A DNA stretch of 55,075 bases, the filler included, from Squatina squatina (taxonomy: Eukaryota), in the NCBI GenBank assembly GCA_031763465.1. It is 3 parts of 2 records of this genome, joined end to end, with 100 filler letters (N's around TTAATTAATTAA, not from the genome) between each part and the next. Parts side by side here need not be neighbours in the genome. Positions count along the whole stretch, not along the records: positions 15,422 to 38,814 come from JARFOE010000194.1; positions 38,915 to 55,075 come from JARFOE010000234.1; 1 more part is not named here. The stretch is one strand, 5' to 3'. Position 1 is the first letter of the stretch. Every line of letters begins with the position of its first letter. The position numbers were made by a program, and so were the translations under genes. Positions 26,184-40,073 of this stretch are shown in pieces. Under the pieces are notes generated by a model. That model saw nothing but the letters and a program-made list of their open reading frames with translations. It did no database searches and was not told the origin of the DNA.

Positions 26184-26365
26184 GGCAGTGTGCGCGCTGA
26201 TGACATCACAGCGCCGCGTTTAGACTAACGCTCGCGCCTCGAGCGTTGTGGGCTTTGCGCCTGTTTAGCGCCGGCGCAAACGGCACCCGAATTTTGGGCC
26301 CGCGTTTTAGCGCTAAAAGTGGCCTAACGCCAATTTCGCGCCAATTTGACAATGGAGGTTTGACC
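26184..26365. mobile_element. CpG-rich end of a Harbinger-like non-autonomous element
   Basis: Ends in CCCGAATTTTGGGCCC, similar to the terminus at 39909-39922; abrupt CpG enrichment. Confidence 0.5.
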
Positions 26366-29300
26366 ACGAATTGGTTGCCCATTGAGTTTTTTCATAATAT
26401 GTACTGAAAACATGTGACATTACTTCACTGAGCATCCCTGGAAGAAAGATATGGCAGGATATCGTCGCAAGATTAAATAACTGATAAAATTTTGTCAATA
26501 AATCACATTTTTTTTATAACTGCAGTATGAACTTTTAAAGAAAATTATTTGGATCTCTTAAGCTGGTTGTAGTTTAAGATTTTCCTCACACATTCACCTC
26601 ATTATCCTAACAAAAGGGTTCCACTAGGACATGCCATGAGTTTGACGAAAACTTCATCATAATTCTCTCAGAGGATGGGTTCAGCGCCTCTCTGACACAC
26701 ATAATAACCTCATGAATAAAACATCAATCTGCCAGCAGAGGTTTATTTACAGAACAAAAGGGAATGAATACAAAAATAACATGCCCATTTAAAAATCATC
26801 TGCATATACTTGTGCTTTAGAAACTTTTTTAGCTTTGTGGAGGTCTTCACTGCACTGTATGAGACACTCTTTGATGTAGAATATTTAATTTCCGTGAAGG
26901 TCTGATGTTCACAAATAACCAATATTTATTTAGCTTTCAACCTAATCATAGAAATAAGAATGTATAATTCAAAATTAAAAAAAAACACATTGTCCTTCTT
27001 TCATTAAGGTATGAAATTACAAATGTAGTCTAACTTGAAAGTACATGAATGCATTTTGGCCATTTCTATTGTTATAGGCATTTGCCTAAATTGTTTCTAA
27101 ACTGCATACAATCTGATTTGTTAGAGTGCAAGTTTTAGATGAATTGCATCTAAAAAAATAAAAGGATAAAGAATTCATGAACTAGCCAAGGCTGAAGTCA
27201 CCAAAAATGTCTGGAAAAGTGTTAGGGCACAAGTTTGAAATCCATCTCTTCCTGAAATGTCAGGACCAAACTGTCTTTCTGTATACTCGCTAAGTATTCA
27301 AGTAAGACATTTAAAAGTAAGAAANNNNNNNNNNNNNNNNNNNNNNNNNNNNNNNNNNNNNNNNNNNNNNNNNNNNNNNNNNNNNNNNNNNNNNNNNNNN
27401 NNNNNNNNNNNNNNNNNNNNNNNNCAGTTGAAAGTTAATTACTTTCTCAAGGGTGGTGGCATCAACAAAGAAAACATCACTTGCCATGACATACATGGAG
27501 TCATTATTCAACATGAAAACTGTTGGCCAAATCATGCCTCCCTGAGGTGTTTTTGAAAGAAGATGAATGTATATTTACCATGATCCAACATTTAAATTCT
27601 CTGGGGAAGTTGCATCTCCAGTTCAGCAGCCCACCAGCTCACCATATGTAGCACAAGAAGCCAGTTTCTCAATCAAGCAGAGATGCCATATTGAACAACA
27701 GGACTGGAGATTCTAGGGATAGGTGTGGGCAGAAATGATTCCACTGGTGCAGGCTGTCCCTGTGCTGCTGGGGTTGTAAAGGGGAAGTTGTTTGTCCAGG
27801 GTTGCAGGCTGGGATTGAGTAGTGCAGCTGTGTGATTGTATGAATATACAAGAGTTGAGTTTTATTAATTCTAATTTATATTCATTAATACTTATGCAGA
27901 CCTTTCCTTGTATGAATAATTGGATAGGATAGAGTCTGAGATGGTGTAGACTGTAGGTTGTCTATGAAAATTGTGGAATAAATAGCACAAATGGCATTTT
28001 CTTGTTACATGTTTTTTTATGATCATGTATCAGTTTCCTGCTTCAACAGAGAAGGGAATTTAGAAATTGGGTGGAGACAAGGAATTACTTTGGAAGAACT
28101 GCTAAACTGCATTATCTAACATCTGGGACCTTGGGCAATGTATCTCAATCTTAGAACGAAATGAGATTGTGCAATCCTTTAGTCCTGCATCTGATGTTTG
28201 GTCTCAGTTTAATATGGCTGACCCACATGGTGATAACAATCAAACATATTTTAGAAATTCATGTAATGACTGATTTTACATTGCAGGTGGAATGTAGAAA
28301 TAGGCCAGAAATCCAAAATGTTAACAACACACTAGGAACGAGGTGTGTCTTTTCCGAGCAGTGAGCTCCCTGAGGTGTGCTTCCAAATGTCAATATTCTT
28401 CGGGGTCAAAGATCTTGTGCTTAATTATCACCTGACTCTCAGTAACCATTAATAGTGATTGTCACAAAACTACAGTCTTCTCTCATGATATGCCTATTTA
28501 TTTTCCATTTCAGCGGTTCATGGATAATTGCCTAAGGCCCACTGAGAAGCAANNNNNNNNNNNNNNNNNNNNNNNNNNNNNNNNNNNNNNNNNNNNNNNN
28601 NNNNNNNNNNNNNNNNNNNNNNNNNNNNNNNNNNNNNNNNNNNNNNNNNNNNTACTCCTGTCATACAATATACTACCTGGAAGCCAAGCTAAAAGTTGAA
28701 AAGACTTATGTCATGGCAAACAAATTTAAGCAATAAGCAGCCTTGGCCCATAAATCTAAATTATTCCTTATCCTTTTCTAGGCTTGTCGCAGATTTCCTT
28801 CAGTCCTTCAAAGATATTTGGGACAATTGTGACAGTTACATTTCTAAGATTTGAGTAACAATTTGGTGCCAAAAATAAAAAAGGTTGTTTACACTAGTTT
28901 TAGTTTGCTCAGCCGATACTCTGAGTTAAAGTGGGGCATTGTCTTGGTGAAAACAATTGACAAGCCTCTTTTGGTTTGGGGAAGGAACTCCAGATGTTAC
29001 TTCTGTCATAATGCTGTAAGTGCAGCAACACCGAATTTTAACATGATTTATATCATTGTGTTATTTCTTTGTACAGAAATAAATATTTACCACTTTGTGA
29101 CAAAGATGGTGCCCCTTTAAAGCATATTAGCTCCATACAATTCTCAAATGTAGTGTTAGAAATATAATAAAAAGTGAAGTATACCATCAAAAATTTTCAG
29201 AAAAAATACGTCTGTTTTAAAAATGACAAAGGACACTTGAAGGGTAAGAGCTATTCTTCCCTATAATCCCTTACATTTTCAAAGATAGTAAAGTCTTACC

Positions 29301-29978
29301 ATATATAGTAATAGTTTGTACCACAAAAGGCCACATTAATCCTAACCTTTTCAGACTCTTGAAATCTATTTTACTTTGCAGCATTTCCTGACATGTGATA
29401 ACATTGAGAGGTGTGATGANNNNNNNNNNNNNNNNNNNNNNNNNNNNNNNNNNNNNNNNNNNNNNNNNNNNNNNNNNNNNNNNNNNNNNNNNNNNNNNNG
29501 CGACAGATATGGATATTAATAAATTATGTGGAAATGAAGAAAAATGAAAGAAACCTCACTTTTACTTCTAGATCTGATGATTTTTTGACGTATGCAATAA
29601 TAAGGTATTCTTGACAATGGGAAAATGAAAACATGATCTTTGGACCCTAAAGCATACACTCAGAGTACAAGCGATAGGGATCCTAGAAATGTGTTTGCCC
29701 TCGAAAACAGGAGCGGGGATCGCAATGCTCTAGCAACCCGTGCTCTTTCAGAGGACTGCCTGCTCATTTGCTTTATTGAGGTGTTCAGCCAGCCCAGCGC
29801 TGAAGGCACTGCTTCATGGCTGAACGCTCAGTAGGGGGCTCAAATTCGTGTGAGGGTAGCACCAGTTAAAGCTAGCCTGCACTGCTTAAATGTTATCTGC
29901 ACCTCTTAAAGGGGAGCTGCATTCTGCCCGCAGACCAACTTTCAACTGGCTGAGGAAGACAATGCAACAAATCAATTC

Positions 29979-30220
29979 ATGATGGCACAACAGGGGACAG
30001 AGCATTCACTGAGGTTCTCTGATGGAGCACTGGAGGCCTTGGTGCAGGAGGTCAATAGGAGGAGAGAGGTCTTCTTTCCACGGGGGCCAGGAGGCCCTCC
30101 AGGCAAGAAAGCAAAGTACAGTGGAAGCAAAGAGCTACTGTGGGGAATGTCAGCAGTGTTGCCCAGGGGATGTGGACGCAGTGCAGGAAGAAGTTTAATG
30201 ACCTCACACAAGTGGTCAAG
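29979..30220 (+). pseudogene. Decayed Harbinger/PIF Myb/SANT-like DNA-binding gene, within an element at ~29677-30390
   Basis: MAQQGTEHSLRFSDGALEALVQEVNRRREVFFP, then frameshifted WTQCRKKFNDLTQVVK ending at donor AAG|GTCAGT; typical of the Harbinger accessory protein (NAIF1/MSANTD-like). Confidence 0.8.
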
Positions 30221-32008
30221 GTCAGTGAATTCCTCTTCAAATGCCATATCCCACCATCTGCACCACTAGCCTCGCACACTGTTCAATGCATCACATCCCC
30301 ATCACTCACCTACCAACAAGCTCTACCAAAATTGACTCATACCTCACATTCATAGGTTCACCTCACCCTCACACAGTTACCACTGCTGTGCAGTGGGACA
30401 CAAAAGATTGAAACTTAAAGAACTAACATTGTTGTGGTAATGCATAAATAGTTAATATAGTGGTCACATATAGGCTGTGGACACTTTAGACATCAAGTTA
30501 ACAAAATGGCTACCACTGTTGTAAAGAATGGTGGGATATTTAACGAAAGGCAGATTCTGAAGGATTCTAACATAGCCTAGTACAATGGTTCTCACAATAT
30601 CTTAATGAGTACAACATAAGACATAGACAGCCTAGGTTGATGTAATGACATGAACCATCACAACCGAGTAGCTACAGTGAGTTAATGTTCCTCCATGGCT
30701 GAGGTTGAGATACCAGGGACTGTCAGAATAACACAGCACATCTTCTGGGGCCACAAAGCACCACATCCCTTTAATCAAGGGTGAGAAGCTAGTCTTCACA
30801 GACTTGAGTGGTGATTGTTGAAGTGCAAATAGGCACACCACAACAATTGGTGTCACAAACAGGATTTTCTAAGGCTCAGCCACCAGTGCTGGACTGAACG
30901 TTGACATTGGAAGATGGATGAGTACTTTTAATATACCACCCATTAGATAAGGAGGTCAATGTTCAGGTTGGGTAAACCGGTGAGCCGAACAAAAAATCCA
31001 AACTAGGGGATGAGTCTGCGGGTGAAGTAACCAAAGCCGGCACGCGTCAAGATCACGGTCCCTTAGGCAAACATGGGGGGTGTATGGTGCCTAGGTTAAA
31101 CCAAGCGAAGTAACGAACNNNNNNNNNNNNNNNNNNNNNNNNNNNNNNNNNNNNNNNNNNNNNNNNNNNNNNNNNNNNNNNNNNNNNNNNNNNNNNNNNN
31201 NNNNNNNNNNNNNNNNNNACTCTCCTGTGGCTTGCTTTCTTATCTTTGTTGAACACTATCTGAAAAGCTTTAATTCACATGATGTGACAGGAAGCAGTCA
31301 GTGATTACCTCAGTAAATTATTTGCACACTCTTTCTTCCCCCCTTGGCTATCCCTTGATCTGTCCACTTAATTGCTGGGAATTTAAATCATCCATAATTA
31401 TTACCCTATTATTCTTTCATATGTACTGAAATAATTCCATTGTACCCTCCCTCATGTTAATGGGGAAGTCTGTAACACTTACCGTAACGTTTACTTCCTT
31501 TAGCTCTCTGAGACACACTCAAATTGAATCCGCCAGTCTATTGCTAATGATATATCAGGTCTCTCAATGAATAATATACCATTCTCTGACTCGGAATACT
31601 GCACTTCCCTCACCTTTAGGTCTTTCTCTTATAAGCATTATATACCTTTCTAGTTGCATTTCATGCTCATTCTCCAATTTCAGAAAGGCAAATTCTAAGC
31701 TTGTCACATCACTGTTTTCCCCACACTTTACAAATTGCAACAAAAATAGTGTAGTTTATCTGTGTTTTCTTCTTCTGTTTTCACCAATGTGTTTCTTGCA
31801 TGTTCATATCACTTGTTGTTTTCACCTGTCTCTCATGCTCTTGCTCTTTGCAATTTCCTGCTCAATTGCCTGCTTGCAATCTCCCAGTGACTTCACATCT
31901 TTTATGTTNNNNNNNNNNNNNNNNNNNNNNNNNNNNNNNNNNNNNNNNNNNNNNNNNNNNNNNNNNNNNNNNNNNNNNNNNNNNNNNNNNNNNNNNNNNN
32001 NNNNNNNN

Positions 32009-32355
32009 GGATGAGCTGATGCTTACAGAGGGTGGAAGATAGGAAGTTATGCAGAAGAGCATTGGAGTAATGGAGTCTGAAGGTGACAAAGGCATGGAGG
32101 AGGATTTCAGCAACAGATGGGCTGAGGTAGGGACAGAGGCACAAAATATTATGGTGATGGAATTAGGTGGTCTTTGTGATGGAAAAGATACACGGTTGGA
32201 AGATCAGCTCAGGGTTGAATAAGATATCAAGTTGTCTGTCATCTGCTTCAGCCTAAGACAGTGGACAAGAAGAGAGATGGAATCAGTGACAAAGCTATGG
32301 AGTTTGTAGTGGGGGCTAAAGACGAGGTATCGGTCTTCCTAGTGCTTAGCTGGAG
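32009..32355 (-). mobile_element. L2 LINE ORF2 fragment
   Basis: Translates LCPYLSPSVAEILLHAFVTFRLHYSNALL, matching the L2 motif L..AAETLIHAFVTSRLDYSNALL. Confidence 0.85.
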
Positions 32356-32356
32356 C

Positions 32357-32890
32357 CATAGTATTTTACAGCACAGAAGGAGACCATTCAGGCATCAGGT
32401 CTTTGGCTCATTGCTGGAGCAGTCTAAAACTACTCCCATTGCTCTCCTTTCATCCTATCTCTCATCATACCCTGATTCAAATATGTCTTCACTTTCTCTT
32501 AAAAGTCACAATTTCTTATAAATCTCTCTCCTTACTCTTTTGCTGACAATTTTAAATGAATGGCCCTGCATCACTGACCCCCCAGTCAAAGGAAGAAGAT
32601 TTTTCCCTTTTCACTCTATTAATTCTTCTCAACCTCTCCACATATCTATACATTCCAATTCCTGGTATAATTCTGACAAATCTATACTGAAGGCTTTCTA
32701 TGGTTTTAATGTTCTTTCTATAATGGGGAACCTAAAACTACATACAGTATTCTAACTGGCCTAACCACTGCCTTCTACAAATGTATTGTTACCTCTTTAC
32801 ACTTATGCCACTATTTAAAAACACAGCAAAATACTATTGGCATTTGTCAACTCTGCTTACAGCACCATTTTCCTTACAAAATGCCAAATA
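32357..32890 (-). mobile_element. Degenerate CR1 3' region
   Basis: Starts CATAG..TACAGCACAGAAGGAGACCATTCAG like the CR1 3' ends at 39941 and 46040. Confidence 0.55.
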
Positions 32891-35800
32891 NNNNNNNNNN
32901 NNNNNNNNNNNNNNNNNNNNNNNNNNNNNNNNNNNNNNNNNNNNNNNNNNNNNNNNNNNNNNNNNNNNNNNNNNNNNNNNNNNNNNNNNNAAAGTCCTGT
33001 GGTCAGCGTTCTGTCTCTCAGGCATGCAGCTGTTCGCCAGGTTCCACCTCTGAATCCTGGCTCAACGCTCAGCCAGGAGGCGGGTACTGTGCCAGGTGCA
33101 ACCGAACTCTGCTATTGAAACCAAATATTAAGACATGGTGGTTTGGACAGACAGAGCACACTTTGATGTGCAATGCTTGGGGCAAGGTTTGTGGGAAGAA
33201 TATCAGATTCAAACTATTCTGTTGCTGAATAATAGGAAAGGTGATTCAGATATTGACTCTATAATTGAATGCTATACTGTGTGAAGAATTAGCTTGTTAC
33301 TTTTTAGCTTTCCTCCTCAAATAGATTAAGGCACAGAATATGAAAATACTATCGGATGTGGCAATAGTACAAGTATGTAAAATACATACAGCAAAATCTA
33401 CTCACAAAAACAACTTTCTTTCTCAATTGCAACATTTAACCCACCTACAAGCCCTGTGATGACAGAAGGGAATTTGGATTTTGTCTCACTTTCCAGAAAT
33501 AAGGGACTTATAGGTTCAGTTGACAAATGAGATTTATTGAACTGGGAGGATCTGCTATTCATACACACATATTTTTAATTAACTACCAAGTGACATTACA
33601 ATGCAGCTATAATNNNNNNNNNNNNNNNNGACAAACGGAAGGTTGTGACAGACCTGCCTTTAAGGGAGCTATCTTTGGTCCACTGGACCAACTGCTGGTA
33701 ATATAGGCTTGAATAATTGCAGACTCACTGGGGCTGACACATAGGTTTTACAAATGCAAGGTTCTGCTGAAGCTAGGTAGGTTTTACATTCCACTGTCAA
33801 GGCAGACTAAGTTCATCTTTTATGAAACAGTACATTTATTGACATGATTTCTAATGCTACTTTGGAACTTTCAAAATGTCAGATCTTCATACCCACACCT
33901 TTAACATTCTATAGCATTGCAACAAATTCTTGAAGAATTCAGTCTTCTGGCTCCAAAGTATCGTTAATCAAGTAGTCATTCCCAAGTGCAGAACCTGTTT
34001 TGGTGCTCATTAAAAGTAAGGGATGACAGTATGGGAGAATAGTGTATTCCAGCAACACTACCAAACAATTCTAGGTCAGACATATTTTGGGGCAGACATA
34101 GTGTTGGACTCCCATGGCTATAATACATACGGTGACATTTCTACTTGTCACAATTTCAGCACTGATTCAGACTTTTGGTTGGCATGTTTTCATTATGGAT
34201 GCCTGTCTATTTGAATATATCCTGAAAGAAGCAGACCTCAAGCCATTTGGGACCTTTAATGCCCATGAATGAAATGCCAACTTCCCTGATTAGACTGTAC
34301 ACTAAGTTTTTAAAGGTAATCCTCATAGAGGGTAGCTAAATATTCCAGTAATCTACATTCTATTGCTCCAGATGAGTTCTAATATGCTTCATTTAGCAGT
34401 CAGATTTATGACATTCAGCAATCATTCCAAATAATCTAAATGCAAGATTAGAAATAAAACCTACCCTAGCTATACTACAGTACTTTGCTTGTATAACAGA
34501 CCCTTGTTTAAATATATGAAGGTCAGTTGCTTTAAAATTTGACGAAGGTGGAAAACTTGCATATTATTTAACCACATATTGTGTTCTCTGNNNNNNNNNN
34601 GTAGCGAGCCAATTTCGATTTAGGAAAATCAGACGTGGTGTAAAACGGGCTGCCGATGAGTCCAATTTACACTACTGCCATGGACCAATTTCACCCCCTT
34701 TTTTTCTAACTAGCTTAATTTGGATAAGTAAAATGAGTCTAATTCACATAATTAATTAATAGGCTGTCGCTAATAGTGTAACAATTTTACTACCCAAAGC
34801 TTATGAAATTTAAATTTATATTTTTTACNNNNNNNNNNNNNNNNNNNNNNNNNNNNNNNNNNNNNNNNNNNNNNNNNNNNNNNNNNNNNNNNNNNNNNNN
34901 NNNNNNNNNNNNNNNNNNNNNNNNNNNNCTGCAGCAGTTGGAATCATGGATTGTGTTTCTCTCTTGAGTTTAGAGCTGGACACATTATTAAGCTGATGTA
35001 GGGGGCGTTTAGTAATGTCACTGATCCGTATAATAACTGACCCCTGAGGATCTAGTCTGGTTGTTATTGAGCAAAGGTAATATTTTAAAAAAGAAATTTC
35101 AATAACCATATTATGAAAGAGAAGAAATCATTATTTTCCACTATTCACTCATTTTAGCGAAACAGTAGTTGCAATTATAAAGCAGGGAAACCTTCATATT
35201 TGCTTTCTATCTGTTTTATACTCCAAGCTATTTTTTCTTTAAAAATAACAAATGGCAGAAAATATCTAAATACTTTACCTGTCTTGATGTCTATGAAAAA
35301 TTCCACTGTACTCTCATGTCCCTTTTACATAAAGAAATCAACCATATTGTAAAACTAAAATCTCGTCCCAGATCTTCCATTTGTCTTCTCATTATTTTAT
35401 GTTAAGTTTAATTCATCATGTTTAAGTCTCTGGCGTGCTGTGACTGCTAAGGGGTTTCTATAGGGTTTGACTGGTATTCCAATTAGCTTTCAGGGAGAGT
35501 CTCTTGCGTTCTGGTTGTCAGTTTATTACAGTCTGTTGATCTGCACAAAATATGTCACACACCCTCTGAGAGACAAATACAGGAGAGTGCAGCTAAGTTC
35601 TTTTTTTTGATATTAGCACTTTCTTAAATTCAGAATACATGTTGGGTTCGAGAACAAATAAAATAACAACTGTTTTGAATATTTTTTTCCCTGAGTTTAT
35701 TAAATGTATTTGGTCACTTACCCTAGTAGTTACACAGTGATAAAGTTATTAAGTACGCTACTTATTAGGAATGAGTTCTGATGTAACTCGGAAATTGGAA

Positions 35801-35982
35801 CCCATCATATTCAAATCCAGCAGTGTCATGATGCATGGGCCCATTTATGCTGCAACATCTCACCTTCTGTTCCTTGTGAATGTTTTTTTAAACCCACCAT
35901 ATCTTTTCTGTGCCTTTGTCCATTTCTCTTTTCTTCAATGTGGCTGAAAAATGCAGACTGCTTAGGTTACTTCGAGTTCAGC

Positions 35983-36065
35983 AGAAGATGACCAAGCACG
36001 TGGATGAAGGTAAAGCGGTGGATGTAGTGTACGTGGATTTTAGTAAGGCTTTTGATAAGGTTCCC
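35983..36065 (+). mobile_element. CR1 RT fragment
   Basis: Translates MTKHVDEGKAVDVVYVDFSKAFDKVP. Confidence 0.92.
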
Positions 36066-37343
36066 NNNNNNNNNNNNNNNNNNNNNNNNNNNNNNNNNNN
36101 NNNNNNNNNNNNNNNNNNNNNNNNNNNNNNNNNNNNNNNNNNNNNNNNNNNNNNNNNNNNNNNNNTTTATCATAGAATCATATTTAAATAACTGAATTTT
36201 TAATTATAACTGTAGGTTTATCCAAATTAATAAATAAAAAAATTACATGAGACTAAATTAATATTGATTTCTGTTTTTACAGAATTCACAAGTTGCTGTA
36301 GATATCATTGTTGTCTCTTGACCTTGAAAAATCATAGTGGTAATACAAAATCTCTTCAACTGTACTTCCATAAAATGCTTGGATGTTTTAAAATAAAATA
36401 TCTTCAGTCAATAAAGCTCTTAAACAGAACTTGCTCAACCAAAATATTCTGAAAAAAGATCATTTTAATTGAAGTTCAAGACAAAAGGCTCAATCACAGA
36501 CCTCAATGGAACTACAGGATTTGAACTTCACTAAGTATGTCACCCTATAATGCCCTCAATATTCTTACTAATTGGCTTTAATTGCAAAGAAAAACTGGGA
36601 TTAGCAACAAAAGGTAAATGGCAGCTATAATATTAATTTATTGCTTTTTTTCAAAGGGAATGCATTGTCAGCTTGACATTTTCCATGGCAGAAGTTTTAT
36701 TGGCTTTGAGACAAGCCTTACTTTGATCAAAAATACAACAGTCTTTGCTATTTATGATCTATTATGAAATTAGATTCAGAAGTCACATAGCACAGTGAAG
36801 CAATAGGATTTTAAAGTAGTGTAATAGGAATGTTAGATAAAAGGAGCAGCTGAGCTCGATCAAGAGCATCAGCATTGAGGTTTTTGAAAACTTATTATTA
36901 AACAGTTGAAGGGCTGCAATAGTTACAGCAGTGACAACATGATTAGGTACGTGAGAGTGCATGCTGAACTGTATTTTTCCTTTAGCATTTAAGCTTCAAT
37001 TAAATATGCTCAGTTCATCACTTTGGTATAGCCCAGCATTTACATCAATAGCTAGTAACATTAGGTAGGACTTTTTTCCACATAGCTGATATTAACTGAT
37101 TTACTCATGTTTTTGCCAGTGACAGATGTAGCATTCCCTGAAATTTAATTTTCCCCATAAGGCTGTGAAAGAAAAATATGAATGTGTTGGTGTCCACTGA
37201 GCTGAGTTGGCATCTGCTCAGAGAATGTCAGGGGAACGGACATTAATCTCCTTGTATAAGTATGCCTTATTTTTTCCTTCAATGAAAAATTCAAGAAAAA
37301 AATACACAAAAATATCTGCGGTGCACAGCTAAAATTCAGTCAT

Positions 37344-37819
37344 GGGGGTAAAATTGGGTTCTGCAGCACCTGTTTTTTGGGTGCTACGAGACCCCTTAAG
37401 CATCCAAAATGACGTGCACAGCATGCGCACGCACCTCTAATAGGAAGTGTGCAGGACGCATCTTCGTAAAGGTGTTAGTGCATAGGCACCCATGGCGCCC
37501 AATTCATCCTTTTTTTCTACGTTAATCTAGTGTTAAATCGGCATTAAGGGCGTTTTTGGGCATTGTCACCTGCTGGGGAGTGATGGTTATGTTCTATTTT
37601 TAAGNNNNNNNNNNNNNNNNNNNNNNNNNNNNNNNNNNNNNNNNNNNNNNNNNNNNNNNNNNNNNNNNNNNNNNNNNNNNNNNNNNNNNNNNNNNNNNNN
37701 NNNNTTTCATTTAGCGCAGTAGTGGCGCATAAGCGGCATAATACGCTAAATGTGATATTCCTCGATCTTTTCCAGCACGGTAACACTTAGCTGCAAAAGA
37801 TTACAAGAAATTTCACCTT
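37344..37819. mobile_element. MITE-like element (Harbinger-type termini), gap inside
   Basis: Left GGGGGTAAAATT, right AAATTTCACC (imperfect inverted termini); CpG-rich interior. Confidence 0.5.
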
Positions 37820-38814
37820 CATATTAACTTTTTTTAATTAATCCAAATTATCTTTTCAACAATACCCATGCAATTTTTTATTGACAATTCCTTCCAAATG
37901 GTGGCGAATGGAACTGTGGCAGTACATACAGCGCAGTGATTTTCAGGTGATTACCACATAGGGAACACCCAGCACTGTGACTTCAAATTGGCACCAATAA
38001 TTTAATATCCCACAGAATAATATAAATATGTAATATCTACTATTCTAGAGCTGTGGTACCAGATCATCCTATAGTTTCAATTTGAAATTAAGTGTATGGA
38101 GTGGAGAGGTTAGCAAATCGTATTTACCAATTCTGATATAATTGTGTTGCCTTCCTCTTGGGGAACTTAAGTATGGTAATCTAAAGCCAAGCCTGCTGCT
38201 GTTCCATAGAAATTATCAGCTTCTTAAGCAGGGGACTCCAATAGTTGTAAAGCCATATTTGAAAGATAGATGTTTGTTTTTATCTTTCTTTCATTGGGTA
38301 GGAAATTGAATCAAAATGGTAACTGTTGTTGCTGTAAGGCACAATATTCATAAAACCTAACAATTGTTTGCGATGACATTCAATACTTAAGCCCGAAGAT
38401 GGATTCCAACTGAATGATAATCTTCCAAAAGCAACTACATTTTTGCCAGATCTAGAAGTGCAGTGAAGGAAATTCTGCATTTTGCAGTGTACTGTGCAGA
38501 TGTAACTCACTTATTTTGTAGGGACCATGTGGCTATCCATGGATCGCTTACAACTAAATTCCCTTTGATTTGATTATAGGTTGGATTCTTCTGGACTTTC
38601 TCTGAAATTGATCCCAAATTAATAAAAAAAAGCTGATACTTTGGCGAAACTTAATCTTTATTTATAGAAGTCTCCGTGCTGATGTAAAGTGTAAAATCTA
38701 TAAATTTCTATAGAAATCTAATCCGATTCAATTATACCGAGTTGAGCTGCTCAAACGATTTGAACATTCTGTCTTGGTCAAGTGAATTAACCCTACTAAT
38801 CCATGTCTGAAACC

Positions 38815-38914
38815 NNNNNNNNNNNNNNNNNNNNNNNNNNNNNNNNNNNNNNNNNNNNTTAATTAATTAANNNNNNNNNNNNNNNNNNNNNNNNNNNNNN
38901 NNNNNNNNNNNNNN
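38815..38914. other. Artificial scaffolding spacer N44-TTAATTAATTAA-N44
   Basis: Identical structure to 15322-15421. Confidence 0.95.
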
Positions 38915-39460
38915 TGCCAATGAAAATCAAATTTGCTGCATTGAAAATCTGTTGCTTTAATCAGCTTTGAATTTAGACTAGAGTGAGTCTACAGCTTTCT
39001 CTGAAATACAATGGCAAATTACCATTTAAATAAAGATCAGTTCAAGGTTAGACCTTATCCGCATGAGGTGCCTGTCCATTATTAATATTGGGGCATTCTC
39101 ATGCTGAGAGTGACAATGTGCACTATCAGCATCAGAGAAATGAAAAGGTTGCTGCTCAACAGCAAGTATAGCTGACGTTTCAGTTTTTATTTAAGTCTTG
39201 GTTAAATGAGTGCTGACTATTAGAAGCTAGTATCTTGTAGCGAGGTGCCTCCGAAGTGCTATTCAGCTTTATAAGCTACAGTAATTCTCTTTGTAATGCA
39301 AAGGATATTTCCATCAATAATGTTGTATGATATCCTTTTATGTAGTGTTTCTTTGTATACTGCTGCAGTCTGTTAGTGCATCTCCCATGTGTCACCGCCA
39401 CACTCTTTTCTCCATTTTAATGCGCTGGACACATCTGAGAGTTCTGATAAGGAAAGAGGA

Positions 39461-39922
39461 GGGGCTAAATTGGAAGGGGCTCGAATATGGGCGCGGGGAT
39501 CATGATGCGCGATTAGCCCATGCTCGTTGAGTCTGATGCAGGTAGCATGCCAACTTTGTGCTGCATGCCCACTTAAATGACTTTAGCATGCAGCCAGCCC
39601 GTGGTGAGACTACTAATGCGTATGTAGTTGATGATCCCTTTGTATAATGCTGTCCTTTGTGCTGCTAACAGCTGTACATGTTCAAGGGAGGGCATTAGCT
39701 GGAGCATTGAGCTCCAAAATGGCAGCACTGATTGATATCATGATCTGCCTATTCTGCATACTGCCGGTGGACGCTCACCGCACACACTAACGCCCTCACC
39801 TAGATGTGGTCCAGTGAGACTTGCACCAGAAGTATCAGCTTGCACACCACAGAGCCACTTTGGTCCAAAACGGCACTCGCGGCACCAAAGCAGCGGGCAC
39901 CAAGGAGCCGAATTTTGCGGCC
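39461..39922. mobile_element. Harbinger-like non-autonomous element
   Basis: Starts GGGGCTAAATTG, ends CCGAATTTTGCGGCC; 5' part resembles 29700-29780. Confidence 0.5.
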
Positions 39923-39940
39923 AAAACTTGTTGAAAAATG

Positions 39941-40073
39941 AATCATAGAATCAAAGAATCATAGATAATTACAGCACGGAAGGAGGCCATTCAGCCCATC
40001 GTGCCTGCGCCGGCCGACAAAGAGCGAGCCAGCCTAATCCCACTTTCCAGCTCTTGGTCCGTAGCCTTGTTGG
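39941..40073 (-). mobile_element. CR1 3' UTR with tandem tail
   Basis: AATCATAG-like repeats then ACAGCACGGAAGGAGGCCATTCAGCCCATCG, the reverse of a shark CR1 3' end. Confidence 0.85.

Noticed and set aside
35279-35330. Minus-strand IDIKT followed by G|GTAAAG as TBCA exon 1
   Set aside because: Wrong phase, upstream residues unrelated, lacks VVKR
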